Positions 29,314 through 37,714 of a DNA stretch of 64,000 nt are shown in pieces. The position numbers were made by a program, and so were the translations under genes. The notes beneath the pieces are model-generated. The model was given only the letters and a program-made list of their open reading frames with translations, was not told the origin of the DNA and did not search any database. The stretch is taken from IMG/VR virus record IMGVR_UViG_3300028177_000001, positions 1-64,000 of that record, one strand, 5' to 3'. Every line of letters starts with the position of its first letter. Positions within the stretch are counted from its first letter, which is position 1.

Positions 29314-29669
29314 TCACTCGTCGTGTGCGATGATGAGGTGGCCCTCGGGCAGATGCGTCTCGTGCTCCAGGGCGATCTCTCCAGGGCGATCTGACGAAGG
29401 CGCGTCCACGCGGCCTGGGCGCCTGTGCCCGGTTCGGGGACCCAAGTGTCGCCGTACTCCATCTCGAGGATCTGAAAGCCCATCCAGGCAGGTCCGCTCT
29501 CGTATGAGGTGCCGAAGCGGGCTCCACGGAGACCCTTGCCGTAGGATCCAATCGGTTCCGCCTCTGGGAGGGAATGGAACCACTCGTCCCAGCCGTCCTC
29601 GCTCGGGCACTCGAACCCGATGTCTTCCTTGAAGACGCCGAAGTAGATGCGGGTGAGCTTTTCTCCCAT
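29314..29669 (-). pseudogene. hypothetical gene frameshifted near its 3' end by a 14-bp tandem duplication
   Basis: CTCCAGGGCGATCT occurs twice (29365-29378, 29379-29392); removing one copy restores ...RQIALEHETHLPEGHLIIAHDE*. Confidence 0.6.
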
Positions 29670-29689
29670 GAGTCAGATTACCTCCGACC

Positions 29690-29708
29690 CCTGGGTTCAG
29701 ACCCCTGT
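29690..29708. repeat. 19-bp direct repeat, copy 1 (CCTGGGTTCAGACCCCTGT)
   Basis: Identical to 30826-30844. Confidence 0.9.
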
Positions 29709-29729
29709 TGAGCCCTACCACACCCTGAA

Positions 29730-30749
29730 TCAATCGTGGTCGAAGGCTTCCCAGTAGAGGGCCCTGACGCCCAGCAGCTGCGCCGTCTCCCGGGGTGCTT
29801 GGCCCACGCCATAACGACCACGGAAACGCCGGGTGGAGATCACGTAGCCCGTCCCGAAACCTCCGGGGGTGAGGGTGAAGCTCTTTCCAGAGGCCAGGGT
29901 CTTCTTGGCCTCCGCCAGACGCTTCGGCGTCAAGGTGAACGTACCAGCCCCCTGCCCGAGAGCTACCGTCGCGGCACCCTGGTAGGAATCGATCCTCTTG
30001 AGAGCCTTCTGAACCTGCTTCGCGACCAGTCCGTTGATCTGGGCGAGGTCCTTGACGTCCCCGTACTCCCCCACGTAGAAGGAGTCGTCGATACCTCGAC
30101 GACTAAAGGACATCCATCCCGTCCCCGTCTTGAAGTCGGTGTGTCCGGCAGCTTCGATCCCATTGTTGCCGAAGCTAAGGTTCGCTGCGATGCGGATGTT
30201 CTCCTCAGGGGAGAGGATGCTGACCCAGTAGGTCTCGGGGTCCTTGTCCCATTGTTGCTTGAAGGGCCCCACGGAGCCCCACCCCTCGGTCCGGGACCAG
30301 CCTGGCGGGGTCTTCAAGAACTTCGAGGCTCGCTTGAGTTCTGTGGGATCCTTCGGAGCGTATTTCGCGAGGATCTCGTCCAGAACTCCCCCCACCACGC
30401 GGGACACCTTGCCCGAATCAAAGTCCAAGAGTTTGAGCGCGTCCTCGACTTTCCAGACGGGCTTGTGGGCTCCCCCCTGGACCTTCGGAGTGTAGCCTTT
30501 GCCCCTCACCTGAGGCTTGTCCCACCTCGAAGACCAAGACAACTCCAGCTCGACTCGGGCGTCTCCCTTATCAAACTGCACGTTCTCATGGATGTCGTAG
30601 ATCCTCCCCTGAGTGACCTTCTTAGAGGCTCCGGAGACGCGGAGGCTCTTGATGAAGTCTTCCACGGCTTCGGTCCGACGAGCAGACTCATCTTGAGAGG
30701 GGCCTGTTGCGATCAGCCCCTCAGCTGCAAGGATCTTCCTTAGCCTCAT
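29730..30749 (-). CDS. tagged hypothetical protein (MRLRKILAAEGL), flanked by direct repeats
   Basis: GGGAGA RBS before ATG 30749; multi-domain mosaic. Confidence 0.75.
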   Translation of the reverse strand: MRLRKILAAEGLIATGPSQDESARRTEAVEDFIKSLRVSGASKKVTQGRIYDIHENVQFDKGDARVELELSWSSRWDKPQVRGKGYTPKVQGGAHKPVWKVEDALKLLDFDSGKVSRVVGGVLDEILAKYAPKDPTELKRASKFLKTPPGWSRTEGWGSVGPFKQQWDKDPETYWVSILSPEENIRIAANLSFGNNGIEAAGHTDFKTGTGWMSFSRRGIDDSFYVGEYGDVKDLAQINGLVAKQVQKALKRIDSYQGAATVALGQGAGTFTLTPKRLAEAKKTLASGKSFTLTPGGFGTGYVISTRRFRGRYGVGQAPRETAQLLGVRALYWEAFDHD

Positions 30750-30825
30750 CGCGTTCTCCCTTAGAGGTTGAAGCTCCAATAGGGGACGTATTGGCCCTCT
30801 GACCCTCGCGAACACGCTCCCGATA

Positions 30826-30844
30826 CCTGGGTTCAGACCCCTGT
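30826..30844. repeat. 19-bp direct repeat, copy 2
   Basis: Identical to 29690-29708; contains the TGA stop of 30833..31309. Confidence 0.9.
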
Positions 30845-31309
30845 CGGACTGCCCAGGAACTCCACTTCGACCGTATCAAAGCGAGCGTAGCGGATGTCTC
30901 CGTCAGGGCGGCGCTGCCAGGCACCGTTGACTGTCATGTCGAACTCCACCACGAAGCCCAGAGGCTTACCGTGGCGGGACAGGAGGATTCTCACCGGAAG
31001 GTCGTGGTCCGCCGACACCTTGGTAAAGGGCTGGGCCTTCACCCCCCAGAACACCGGCGCTGCCTCTTCGGAGACGTCCTCCGTAGCCAGGGCGCATTCG
31101 TGGTCGGTGCCCTCATCTGCGATCTCGCCTGTGGGCTCCCTCAGACGGAAGACCATCCCCTTCTTGAGCTCCCGCCACGGGATCGCCTGGAACCGGGAGT
31201 CCTTGAAGACCTCCACGGTACGCATCGGCCCGCTGGCTTCAGCAGTGGCGGGGAGCAGCGCCGCAACGGTGGCGCAAGCGGAGAGCGAGAGGAAGGTACG
31301 TCGTTCCAT
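30833..31309 (-). CDS. hypothetical protein with twin-arginine (Tat)-like signal peptide
   Basis: MERRTFLSLSACATVAALLPATAEA: RRxFL motif, hydrophobic core, AxA cleavage site. Confidence 0.65.
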   Translation of the reverse strand: MERRTFLSLSACATVAALLPATAEASGPMRTVEVFKDSRFQAIPWRELKKGMVFRLREPTGEIADEGTDHECALATEDVSEEAAPVFWGVKAQPFTKVSADHDLPVRILLSRHGKPLGFVVEFDMTVNGAWQRRPDGDIRYARFDTVEVEFLGSPTGV

Positions 31310-31330
31310 ACAAGAATCCTACCCCGGCTA

Positions 31331-31360
31331 AGGGGTTCCCGTAGACGCCCCCGGACGTAA
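31331..31360 (+). promoter_or_regulatory. putative early/middle promoter GGTTCCC-N13-GACGTAA
   Basis: Exact consensus match (aggggttccc-N13-gacgtaa). Confidence 0.65.
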
Positions 31361-31387
31361 CTAAAGCGTCCCCCTCCTGGAGCTACC

Positions 31388-31624
31388 GTGCCCTACTCCG
31401 AGAAATTGGCCTTCTGGACCAACATCCTCAACACCAGCTCGTACACGGCCCTGACGGATGTCACGACCACGGAGGTCCGCAAGGCTCTCCGCGCTCTGAA
31501 GGGTGCCAAGGGTGCTTCCTACACTCGGAAGTTCCTGTACAAGGACGGCGTGCTGCGGAAGTGGCTGGACTCGGACGACTTCGTCAGCCTGGGTCACCTC
31601 GTAGAAGGTGCTCGGGGTCTGTAG
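31388..31624 (+). CDS. hypothetical protein
   Basis: GGAG RBS and GTG start directly after the promoter motif. Confidence 0.65.
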   Translation: MPYSEKLAFWTNILNTSSYTALTDVTTTEVRKALRALKGAKGASYTRKFLYKDGVLRKWLDSDDFVSLGHLVEGARGL

Positions 31625-31651
31625 GCATCACCCAGCGGGTAGAGCCTGAGA

Positions 31652-31957
31652 GTGCCTCGGGATCTCTACATACTGCAGATGGCTGTCACAGGAGACCTCA
31701 AGGTGGGCCGGTCCTCCGACGTAGAGCGCCGTCTTGCTGAGCTGCAGACAGGCGCTCCGCACAAGCTCAAGGTGCTCCTGGTAGCAGCGGGCCAGGGCTG
31801 TCGGGAACGCCAGGTACACCAAACTCTCCGCCAGTACCGCAACCGAGGTCAGAAGGGGGAGTGGTTCCGGGAAGAGGCCATGGGCAGCATCCCGGACGAT
31901 CTCTTCGAGTTGTTCCCCGACGCAGTCCTGGAAGACCCCGACTGGTGGAAGAGATAA
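31652..31957 (+). CDS. GIY-YIG superfamily protein (T5orf172/MUG113-like)
   Basis: LYILQ...LKVGRS...RRLAELQTG...ERQVH...GEWF. Confidence 0.85.
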   Translation: MPRDLYILQMAVTGDLKVGRSSDVERRLAELQTGAPHKLKVLLVAAGQGCRERQVHQTLRQYRNRGQKGEWFREEAMGSIPDDLFELFPDAVLEDPDWWKR

Positions 31958-31967
31958 GAGATAGAGG

Positions 31968-32297
31968 CTACAGAGCAGCCCTGGGGTCCGCGAAGGCTTT
32001 CTCAAGAAGACGGTCCACAGCCTTGAATCCCTCGACCTTTCCGTAGTCCTCCCCAAACTGCTCCCCGCCTCCGGCTCCGAGAACTTCGACAGCGTCTTCG
32101 TCGAAAACGAAGCCTCCTCGAACCATCTCCTCCAGGGCGTCCGCCAGAGGGCGATCGTAGGTCCGGACGAGGTAGTCTGCGTTCAGCTCGTTGTCCAAAG
32201 CCAGGGCTTCGAGAATCGCAGGCGCGGCCCGCAGAGGTTCGAAAGCAGTCATTGTATCAGGCATGTGGGATTCTCCAGAGGGTTTGACGTAGGGCAT
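31968..32297 (-). CDS. hypothetical protein
   Basis: 109-aa ORF in a compact minus-strand operon. Confidence 0.6.
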   Translation of the reverse strand: MPYVKPSGESHMPDTMTAFEPLRAAPAILEALALDNELNADYLVRTYDRPLADALEEMVRGGFVFDEDAVEVLGAGGGEQFGEDYGKVEGFKAVDRLLEKAFADPRAAL

Positions 32298-32300
32298 CCG

Positions 32301-32696
32301 TCACGGCCCGAAGATCGAGAACACGTCCTGTTCCTCTTCGGGCACCACGGGGGAAGGGCCCTCCGTCGGGGACCTCTTCAAGGTGGATCCGTGCATCCAC
32401 AACAGTCGCCCCAGGGGGATGTTCTCCTGCTCGCATTCCCAGAAGCGGTCCCACATGGCAGTGATGGGGTCTTCGGGCTCTGTCCCTCGGACCGTCCAGT
32501 AGTTGAGGTGCAGGCCCTGGTCCGACTTCTCGGCGAAGACGACTGACATCGCGCCTTCCTCCCAGACGTGGATGAAGATCTCGTTCTTTCCCCGGAAACC
32601 CTTCACGGCACCCTCGAAGACCTCCACGGACAGGTAGCCCGTCAGGCGGAGACGCTCGGATAGGGCTGCGCAGAAGAGGGCGGGGTCCAGGAGCAC
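32301..32696 (-). CDS. hypothetical protein
   Basis: 131-aa ORF abutting its neighbours. Confidence 0.6.
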   Translation of the reverse strand: MLLDPALFCAALSERLRLTGYLSVEVFEGAVKGFRGKNEIFIHVWEEGAMSVVFAEKSDQGLHLNYWTVRGTEPEDPITAMWDRFWECEQENIPLGRLLWMHGSTLKRSPTEGPSPVVPEEEQDVFSIFGP

Positions 32697-33295
32697 TATG
32701 CGCTGAACATGTCCAGGGTTCCCGGCTCCTGGGCGGCACTCCCCCAGGCCTCAGCTTCGGCCAGGGTGATCGTCTCGCCGTCCCGGATGCGCCGCTCGAT
32801 CTCAACCGAGCAGCGTTCCCAGACCTCGCCCAGACCGCTCGGTCCTCGCTGCGCCGTGGACTTGGGGTGCTCGTCCGAGAACCCGTAGCTGCGGTCTCGC
32901 TCGGAACCCGCCTTCTTGCTGCCCGGCTTCGCGAAGCAGTATCGGAGACGATTGTGCGGGTGTGAGGACGAGAAGTCCTTCAAGGCCCCGTCGTAGTCCG
33001 AGGCTTCCGCCTTCCGACGCCGCACTTCGTTGAAGTGCGGGCCGAACTCGGGAAAGAGTCTGTTGAACACCGTCGCCAGTTCCTTCTGGGTAGGGAAGGC
33101 GTGCGCAGAGGCCATGTGCTCGTCGGCCCAGCCCAGGGAATAGGCGGACAGGAGGCATGCAACCCGAGCCGTCTTGCCGATGGGCGAAGAGGACCAGGGA
33201 TACTTGGGGGCGGAGTTGCCGGTCTGGTTGCTCGTGCCCGGCTTCGCCAGACGGTCGTCGCCACCCTGTCTCACTTTCAGCATGTAGATCCTCAC
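32696..33295 (-). CDS. hypothetical protein
   Basis: 199-aa ORF downstream of a promoter-like motif. Confidence 0.65.
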   Translation of the reverse strand: MRIYMLKVRQGGDDRLAKPGTSNQTGNSAPKYPWSSSPIGKTARVACLLSAYSLGWADEHMASAHAFPTQKELATVFNRLFPEFGPHFNEVRRRKAEASDYDGALKDFSSSHPHNRLRYCFAKPGSKKAGSERDRSYGFSDEHPKSTAQRGPSGLGEVWERCSVEIERRIRDGETITLAEAEAWGSAAQEPGTLDMFSA

Positions 33296-33310
33296 TGTTG
33301 TGCAAGGGAA

Positions 33311-33337
33311 CTACCGCTCGGAACCCAGAGGCGAACC
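33311..33337 (-). promoter_or_regulatory. putative early-type promoter variant GGTTCGC-N13-GCGGTAG
   Basis: Degenerate match with the conserved 13-nt spacing. Confidence 0.4.
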
Positions 33338-33438
33338 CCGCTACTGCTCACGAACCCTACGTGAGTAGCAAGGACAAGTCCTGGGCCTGGATTAGAATCT
33401 CCTGGGCCAGACCCCTGCCCCCCACACCCATCAGAAAA

Positions 33439-34335
33439 CTATGTGAAATTCCTGGGGCTGAGCACACCACGTCCAACGTGTGGACCGAAGGAGCTACGAA
33501 CCCCTCGGCCGAAGCGAGGCTGTGCCAGACCGCGCATGTACTTCTCGGTGCGCTGCTTCGCCTCGGTCATCTTGTCCCACTGCTCTTCGGCGTTGCGCTT
33601 CAGGTCCATGTACTTCGAGGACTTATCGATGTTCAGCGAGATCCCGCCGATTGAATAGTCAAACTCGTCAGAGACCCAGTTGTAAGCAAGAGCCTGCGCC
33701 GCGTTGACCAGCGCTCCCCACAAGAGGGCAGCCTGCCAGGAGGGCTTACCAGAGCAGACCTTGTCGATGGTGCTGTACTGGTCTGTGTTGGGCGGGTGGA
33801 TGTTCCACTTCCAGAGTGCAATCTCCAGGTACTCCGCGAACTCCTCGTCCGTCCAGATATAGCCGAACACCTGATTGTAGCATCCTACTGTACCCTCTCC
33901 CTCAGGCGGGCGGAATTTGTAGTTCTTGTCGGGGTTGTTATCCCGTGTCAGGATGCGCATCTTGTTGACGAGCCCCTGGACACAAGAGCTGTAGATGCTC
34001 TCGGCTGCAAGGGAGCTGGTTGCGACAACCCCGAACTCTTGCACGACGCCTTCTTCGGAAGAGGAGGCCGTCTGGCGGAACAACCACCGCACTCGGTAGC
34101 ACCCTGGGATAGCCCCAGACGGGATCTGCAAGGAGGCGTAGTACTCACCCACAGCAGGATTCACCGGAGTGCGCGCAGTCGAGCCAATGACTACCTCAGC
34201 ACCTGTCTCGGGCACGACGAAGTAGATGGCATAGGAGATGCTGTAGGCAGCTGCCGGGTTTTCGAGGGTGTCCTCCAGGAAGACGTCCAGGTCGCCGCGC
34301 CCCAGTTCCTCGCCTTGCGTGAACACTGTGCCCAT
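33439..34335 (-). CDS. putative head-completion/neck protein
   Basis: Ig-like N-terminus, helical C-terminal region with DYSIGGISLNIDKS; GGAGG RBS; late-type motif upstream at 34362-34376. Confidence 0.5.
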   Translation of the reverse strand: MGTVFTQGEELGRGDLDVFLEDTLENPAAAYSISYAIYFVVPETGAEVVIGSTARTPVNPAVGEYYASLQIPSGAIPGCYRVRWLFRQTASSSEEGVVQEFGVVATSSLAAESIYSSCVQGLVNKMRILTRDNNPDKNYKFRPPEGEGTVGCYNQVFGYIWTDEEFAEYLEIALWKWNIHPPNTDQYSTIDKVCSGKPSWQAALLWGALVNAAQALAYNWVSDEFDYSIGGISLNIDKSSKYMDLKRNAEEQWDKMTEAKQRTEKYMRGLAQPRFGRGVRSSFGPHVGRGVLSPRNFT

Positions 34336-34370
34336 GTAGAACCTCCGCCCCGAGGCGAATGATAGCTTCT

Positions 34371-34619
34371 CTACTGAGTCTCGTAGATCTGACGCTTTAG
34401 GTCGCGCACGGTCTGGGCGTAGGACAGAGCAGGCACCTTCGCTCTATCAGAGAAGTATTGGTCTTTGAGGGACCGCATCGCCGGACCGCCTTGCCCTTCG
34501 AAGACAAAGGTGACCTGCTTCCCTTCTCGTTCCAGGTGCAGCAACGGAACCGCCGCGACCTTGAGATACGCAGCGAAGTAGAGGTCGCTGGTCCTGTATT
34601 GGGAGAACGGTTCGTCCAT
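34371..34619 (-). CDS. DUF5659-like small protein
   Basis: YRTSDLYFAAYL...LEREGKQVTFVFE pattern. Confidence 0.6.
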   Translation of the reverse strand: MDEPFSQYRTSDLYFAAYLKVAAVPLLHLEREGKQVTFVFEGQGGPAMRSLKDQYFSDRAKVPALSYAQTVRDLKRQIYETQ

Positions 34620-34722
34620 GTGGAACCCTACCCCCAACGTGACTAAGCCCGCGAGGGCTTATCCACCTCGCGGGCTTAGTGCATCTCCAGGAGAGGAGTG
34701 GGTCTTGGCCCCTACTTCTGGA

Positions 34723-35403
34723 TCAGGTGGTCGAAGTGAGAGCCGTTCCCTGGTAGTCGTAGACAGCCAGCGCGGCTCCGGTGGTGCCGCCGTAGCTGTA
34801 GGCCGTCAGGGCGAGCTTGGAGAGCACGCCGTCACCGCAGGAGACCTGCAGAGCACCGGTGAGGTAGAGCTCCCGCATGCCGTCGGTGGCGAGGCTCGAG
34901 AAGGACCCGAGCTGGGCACCAGCGGTCAGAGCGCCGACCGTGCTGCCGGAGGGCAGCGTGTAGGTGCGACCCGACAGGATCTGGAGAACCTCGATGACCG
35001 AACCGGTGGAGCCACCAGTGTTGATCGTCGTGCCCGCGCCCGCGCCGCCTGTGACGAGAGCAGCGTTGATCTCGGTCGCGCCCAGGTCGGTGCCGGCGTC
35101 CAGGATGTCGATGATGTCCTGCGCAGCCGCGTTGGCGATGGTCACCGTGACGGTGACGGTGCCCGTGGCGTTGATGACGTTGTCGATCAGGTACGCTGCC
35201 AGGCCCGCATACTCAGCCGTGGTAGCGTTGGTCGCCAGAGCGCCCACCGTCTCGTTGGTAACGCGGGACCCCACGTAGCCGGACTGCCCGACCGGCTCGT
35301 AGATGAGGCTGCGCTGCGAAGTGTTCGGCTTCAGATCGGTGATCTGAAGGCCAGCCGAATCCATGTCAGTGCGGATGCGGCAGATGTATGCCTTGTAGGC
35401 CAT
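34723..35403 (-). CDS. putative virion structural protein
   Basis: AGGAG RBS; A/G/T-rich; strong GC3 bias suggests high expression. Confidence 0.65.
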   Translation of the reverse strand: MAYKAYICRIRTDMDSAGLQITDLKPNTSQRSLIYEPVGQSGYVGSRVTNETVGALATNATTAEYAGLAAYLIDNVINATGTVTVTVTIANAAAQDIIDILDAGTDLGATEINAALVTGGAGAGTTINTGGSTGSVIEVLQILSGRTYTLPSGSTVGALTAGAQLGSFSSLATDGMRELYLTGALQVSCGDGVLSKLALTAYSYGGTTGAALAVYDYQGTALTSTT

Positions 35404-35471
35404 GATGGTGCTCCTGAAGAGTGAATGGGACGGACCCTACTAAGAAGAAGTCGTATCGGCTTTCTACCGGA

Positions 35472-36155
35472 CTATCCCTGAATGCCGTTGACCAGCACCG
35501 CGATGAGTCGGAATGCAACGGTCGCCCCATCGCCCCTGATAAACAGAGTAGTGGCGCCCGTCTGGGTAAAGGACAGATTCTCGCCGGTGGTGATCTCAAT
35601 CTCCGGAGTCCCCTTCATGAAGGCGATGTAGAGCGAGTCGGCACCGTCGTTGTAGATGGTGACGTCGTCTGTGAACCGGGGGAAGTCCACCGCCATTGCG
35701 TCGGCGGGTGGGAGGCCGCTCGACAAACCGGACACATTGGGGGCCGTGCCGCTCAGAGGAAGCATGGACCGCCCCGAAGCGAAGAATCCCGGAGGCGGGA
35801 TCACGAGGATCGGTCCGGGACCCAGGTTGTTCCCCGCCGTGTCTACCTCGGACACAGTCAAGAAACTGATGCTGGCGTCCCCAGGCACTGTAGCCGAGGC
35901 ATAGTCAACAGGGTCGTACGAGAACCGTGTGAGTCCTCGGTTTGACTCTTCAACCCGGTTCTTGCCGTTGCGAGCCAGGGTGCGCGAACGGTATGTTGCG
36001 TCCTTGGCAAGGGTCTGGATGGCCCCCGCTCCCGCGTGAGCCGCGTCCAGCGTGAGAGCTGCGCCGAACACGTAGGAAGCAACCCCCGCCCTGCTTCGGA
36101 CGGACAGGTCCACCACACCAGGGTGGCGCTCTACCAGATATGCGGAAACAGTCAC
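35472..36155 (-). CDS. putative virion structural protein
   Basis: AGGAG RBS; beta-rich; late motif at 36186-36200. Confidence 0.65.
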   Translation of the reverse strand: MTVSAYLVERHPGVVDLSVRSRAGVASYVFGAALTLDAAHAGAGAIQTLAKDATYRSRTLARNGKNRVEESNRGLTRFSYDPVDYASATVPGDASISFLTVSEVDTAGNNLGPGPILVIPPPGFFASGRSMLPLSGTAPNVSGLSSGLPPADAMAVDFPRFTDDVTIYNDGADSLYIAFMKGTPEIEITTGENLSFTQTGATTLFIRGDGATVAFRLIAVLVNGIQG

Positions 36156-37162
36156 GAACGACTCCTATCAACGAGAGAGAAGTTCATAGCTGACCCACCG
36201 GGATTCTCAGCCGAATACCGAGCAGCCACCCTCCGCGAAGATGCAGACTTGAGAGACCGTGGAAACACATCCACGATGCCCGTGACCGTCAAGCCCTGCA
36301 CTCGCTGAACCGGCCCCTTCTTGATGAGATCGTTGGAATACTTCGGACCCACCCCGTCGTCAACAGAAAGTGTGAGGTGGGGGGTGCCCGCTTCAGCCTT
36401 CAAAGGGCGCTGAAGGTCTACCTGCAACACCTGACCATTGCTGTCCTCGGCGTACCCCACGACCTGCGCCGAACCCCGCTGACCCACCAAAGCAACCAGA
36501 GGGGAGTTCTTGTCCCGGCTCAAGGTGATGTGGTCCCCGTGCGCTTTGTGGTGCGTGTAAGGCCAGCGCTCCGTGACCGCCGCCCGAGAACGGGCATCCA
36601 GGAACAAGGCCAGGTAGCTGAACCGGTCTGGAAGAGGTGAAGTCTCGGTTGATTCTCCGCATTCCGGGGTCTGAGGCTTGGCGCGAACCAGCTGCGTGAA
36701 AACACGGCTGGGGTCGATCCCCATGAGGTCCGCGACCCTCTCAAACTCCTTCAGATGCGAAGGCCGGTCGTCCCACACCCGAATCGTGTCGATGTGAGGG
36801 TAGCGTGACAAGAACTTCGCGATCAGCTTCTTCTTCCAGGACAGCGTTCCGCTCGGGGGCGCCAGGTGTACCTCGTCGAAGTTGAGTCCCTTCTGCTTGA
36901 GAAGCTCGGGCACTCTGTACCGGAGCCCAGACTGCGCCGGGCGTCCCGTGGTCATGACCGCGTACACGTCAGAGTTAGAGATCGACTGCTTGGCCTTCGA
37001 TACAGTGGGGCCCACCCACCAGGAGGAGTCAGGGCGCTCGGGCACGCAAGGCGGAATCAGCGACTCTACGTTGTTCCACCACCCGTTTCCGCCCCACGTC
37101 GCAGGAGGGAAGGGAGAACGGAACAGTGTTCCATCGAAGTCGTAGAAGTGGAGCTCGGCCAT
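36152..37162 (-). CDS. HAD phosphatase (Swiss-army-knife RNA-repair type) fused to a 2H cyclic phosphodiesterase
   Basis: FYDFDGTLFRSP, MTTGR, WDDR (HAD motifs); DHITL and PHLTLS (paired HxT); C-terminal tag SSRRVAARY. Confidence 0.75.
   Translation of the reverse strand: MAELHFYDFDGTLFRSPFPPATWGGNGWWNNVESLIPPCVPERPDSSWWVGPTVSKAKQSISNSDVYAVMTTGRPAQSGLRYRVPELLKQKGLNFDEVHLAPPSGTLSWKKKLIAKFLSRYPHIDTIRVWDDRPSHLKEFERVADLMGIDPSRVFTQLVRAKPQTPECGESTETSPLPDRFSYLALFLDARSRAAVTERWPYTHHKAHGDHITLSRDKNSPLVALVGQRGSAQVVGYAEDSNGQVLQVDLQRPLKAEAGTPHLTLSVDDGVGPKYSNDLIKKGPVQRVQGLTVTGIVDVFPRSLKSASSRRVAARYSAENPGGSAMNFSLVDRSRS
36186..36200 (-). promoter_or_regulatory. putative late promoter CGGTGG-N5-CTAT
   Basis: Exact consensus match 30 nt upstream of the 36155 start. 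Confidence 0.6.
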
Positions 37163-37303
37163 ATACCCCTTTCCGGGTATATGGGCTCTACCTAAGCATC
37201 CGGCGGAGGTCGCCCCTCTTGATGCGCCGCCAGACCCGGACGGTGACCACGTAGCCGCAGAACAGAAGCATGCCCGTTAGCACGGCTCCGGCAGCCAGGG
37301 TTC

Positions 37304-37693
37304 TTAGGGCTTTTTCTCCGAAGCTGCGCGCTGGGTATACCCGGAGGTCTTCTTGCCCTTGGACTGGGCCAACTTCGCGGCGTCGGACCAGGACTCCGTC
37401 CTTTCGCCCTCCACGTTCGGGACCAACTTGATACCAGCCTCCTGCTTCCTCTCTTGCTTCTTGGAGTCCAGCCGCTGGTTCTTCCGGCGCATCTGGCCTG
37501 CGATCCGGTTGTTCTTGCTGGCCCATCCGTCTCCCTTCAGAATAAATCCGCCCCCCGCAGCTGCCGTGAGGGTCCTTCGAGCAGGACCCTCGGTACAGGT
37601 CGGACAGTCCTGCGGCTCATCATAGCGCGACATCGGCAGCACCTTTTCGAAGGGCTCGTCGCAGGCGTCGCAATGGTAGGTGTATGTCGGCAT
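37304..37693 (-). CDS. FmdB-family zinc-ribbon protein
   Basis: MPTYTYHCDACDEPFE...CPTC...GGGFILKGDGW. Confidence 0.85.
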   Translation of the reverse strand: MPTYTYHCDACDEPFEKVLPMSRYDEPQDCPTCTEGPARRTLTAAAGGGFILKGDGWASKNNRIAGQMRRKNQRLDSKKQERKQEAGIKLVPNVEGERTESWSDAAKLAQSKGKKTSGYTQRAASEKKP

Positions 37694-37714
37694 CGAAACT
37701 CCCGAGCCTGCGTT

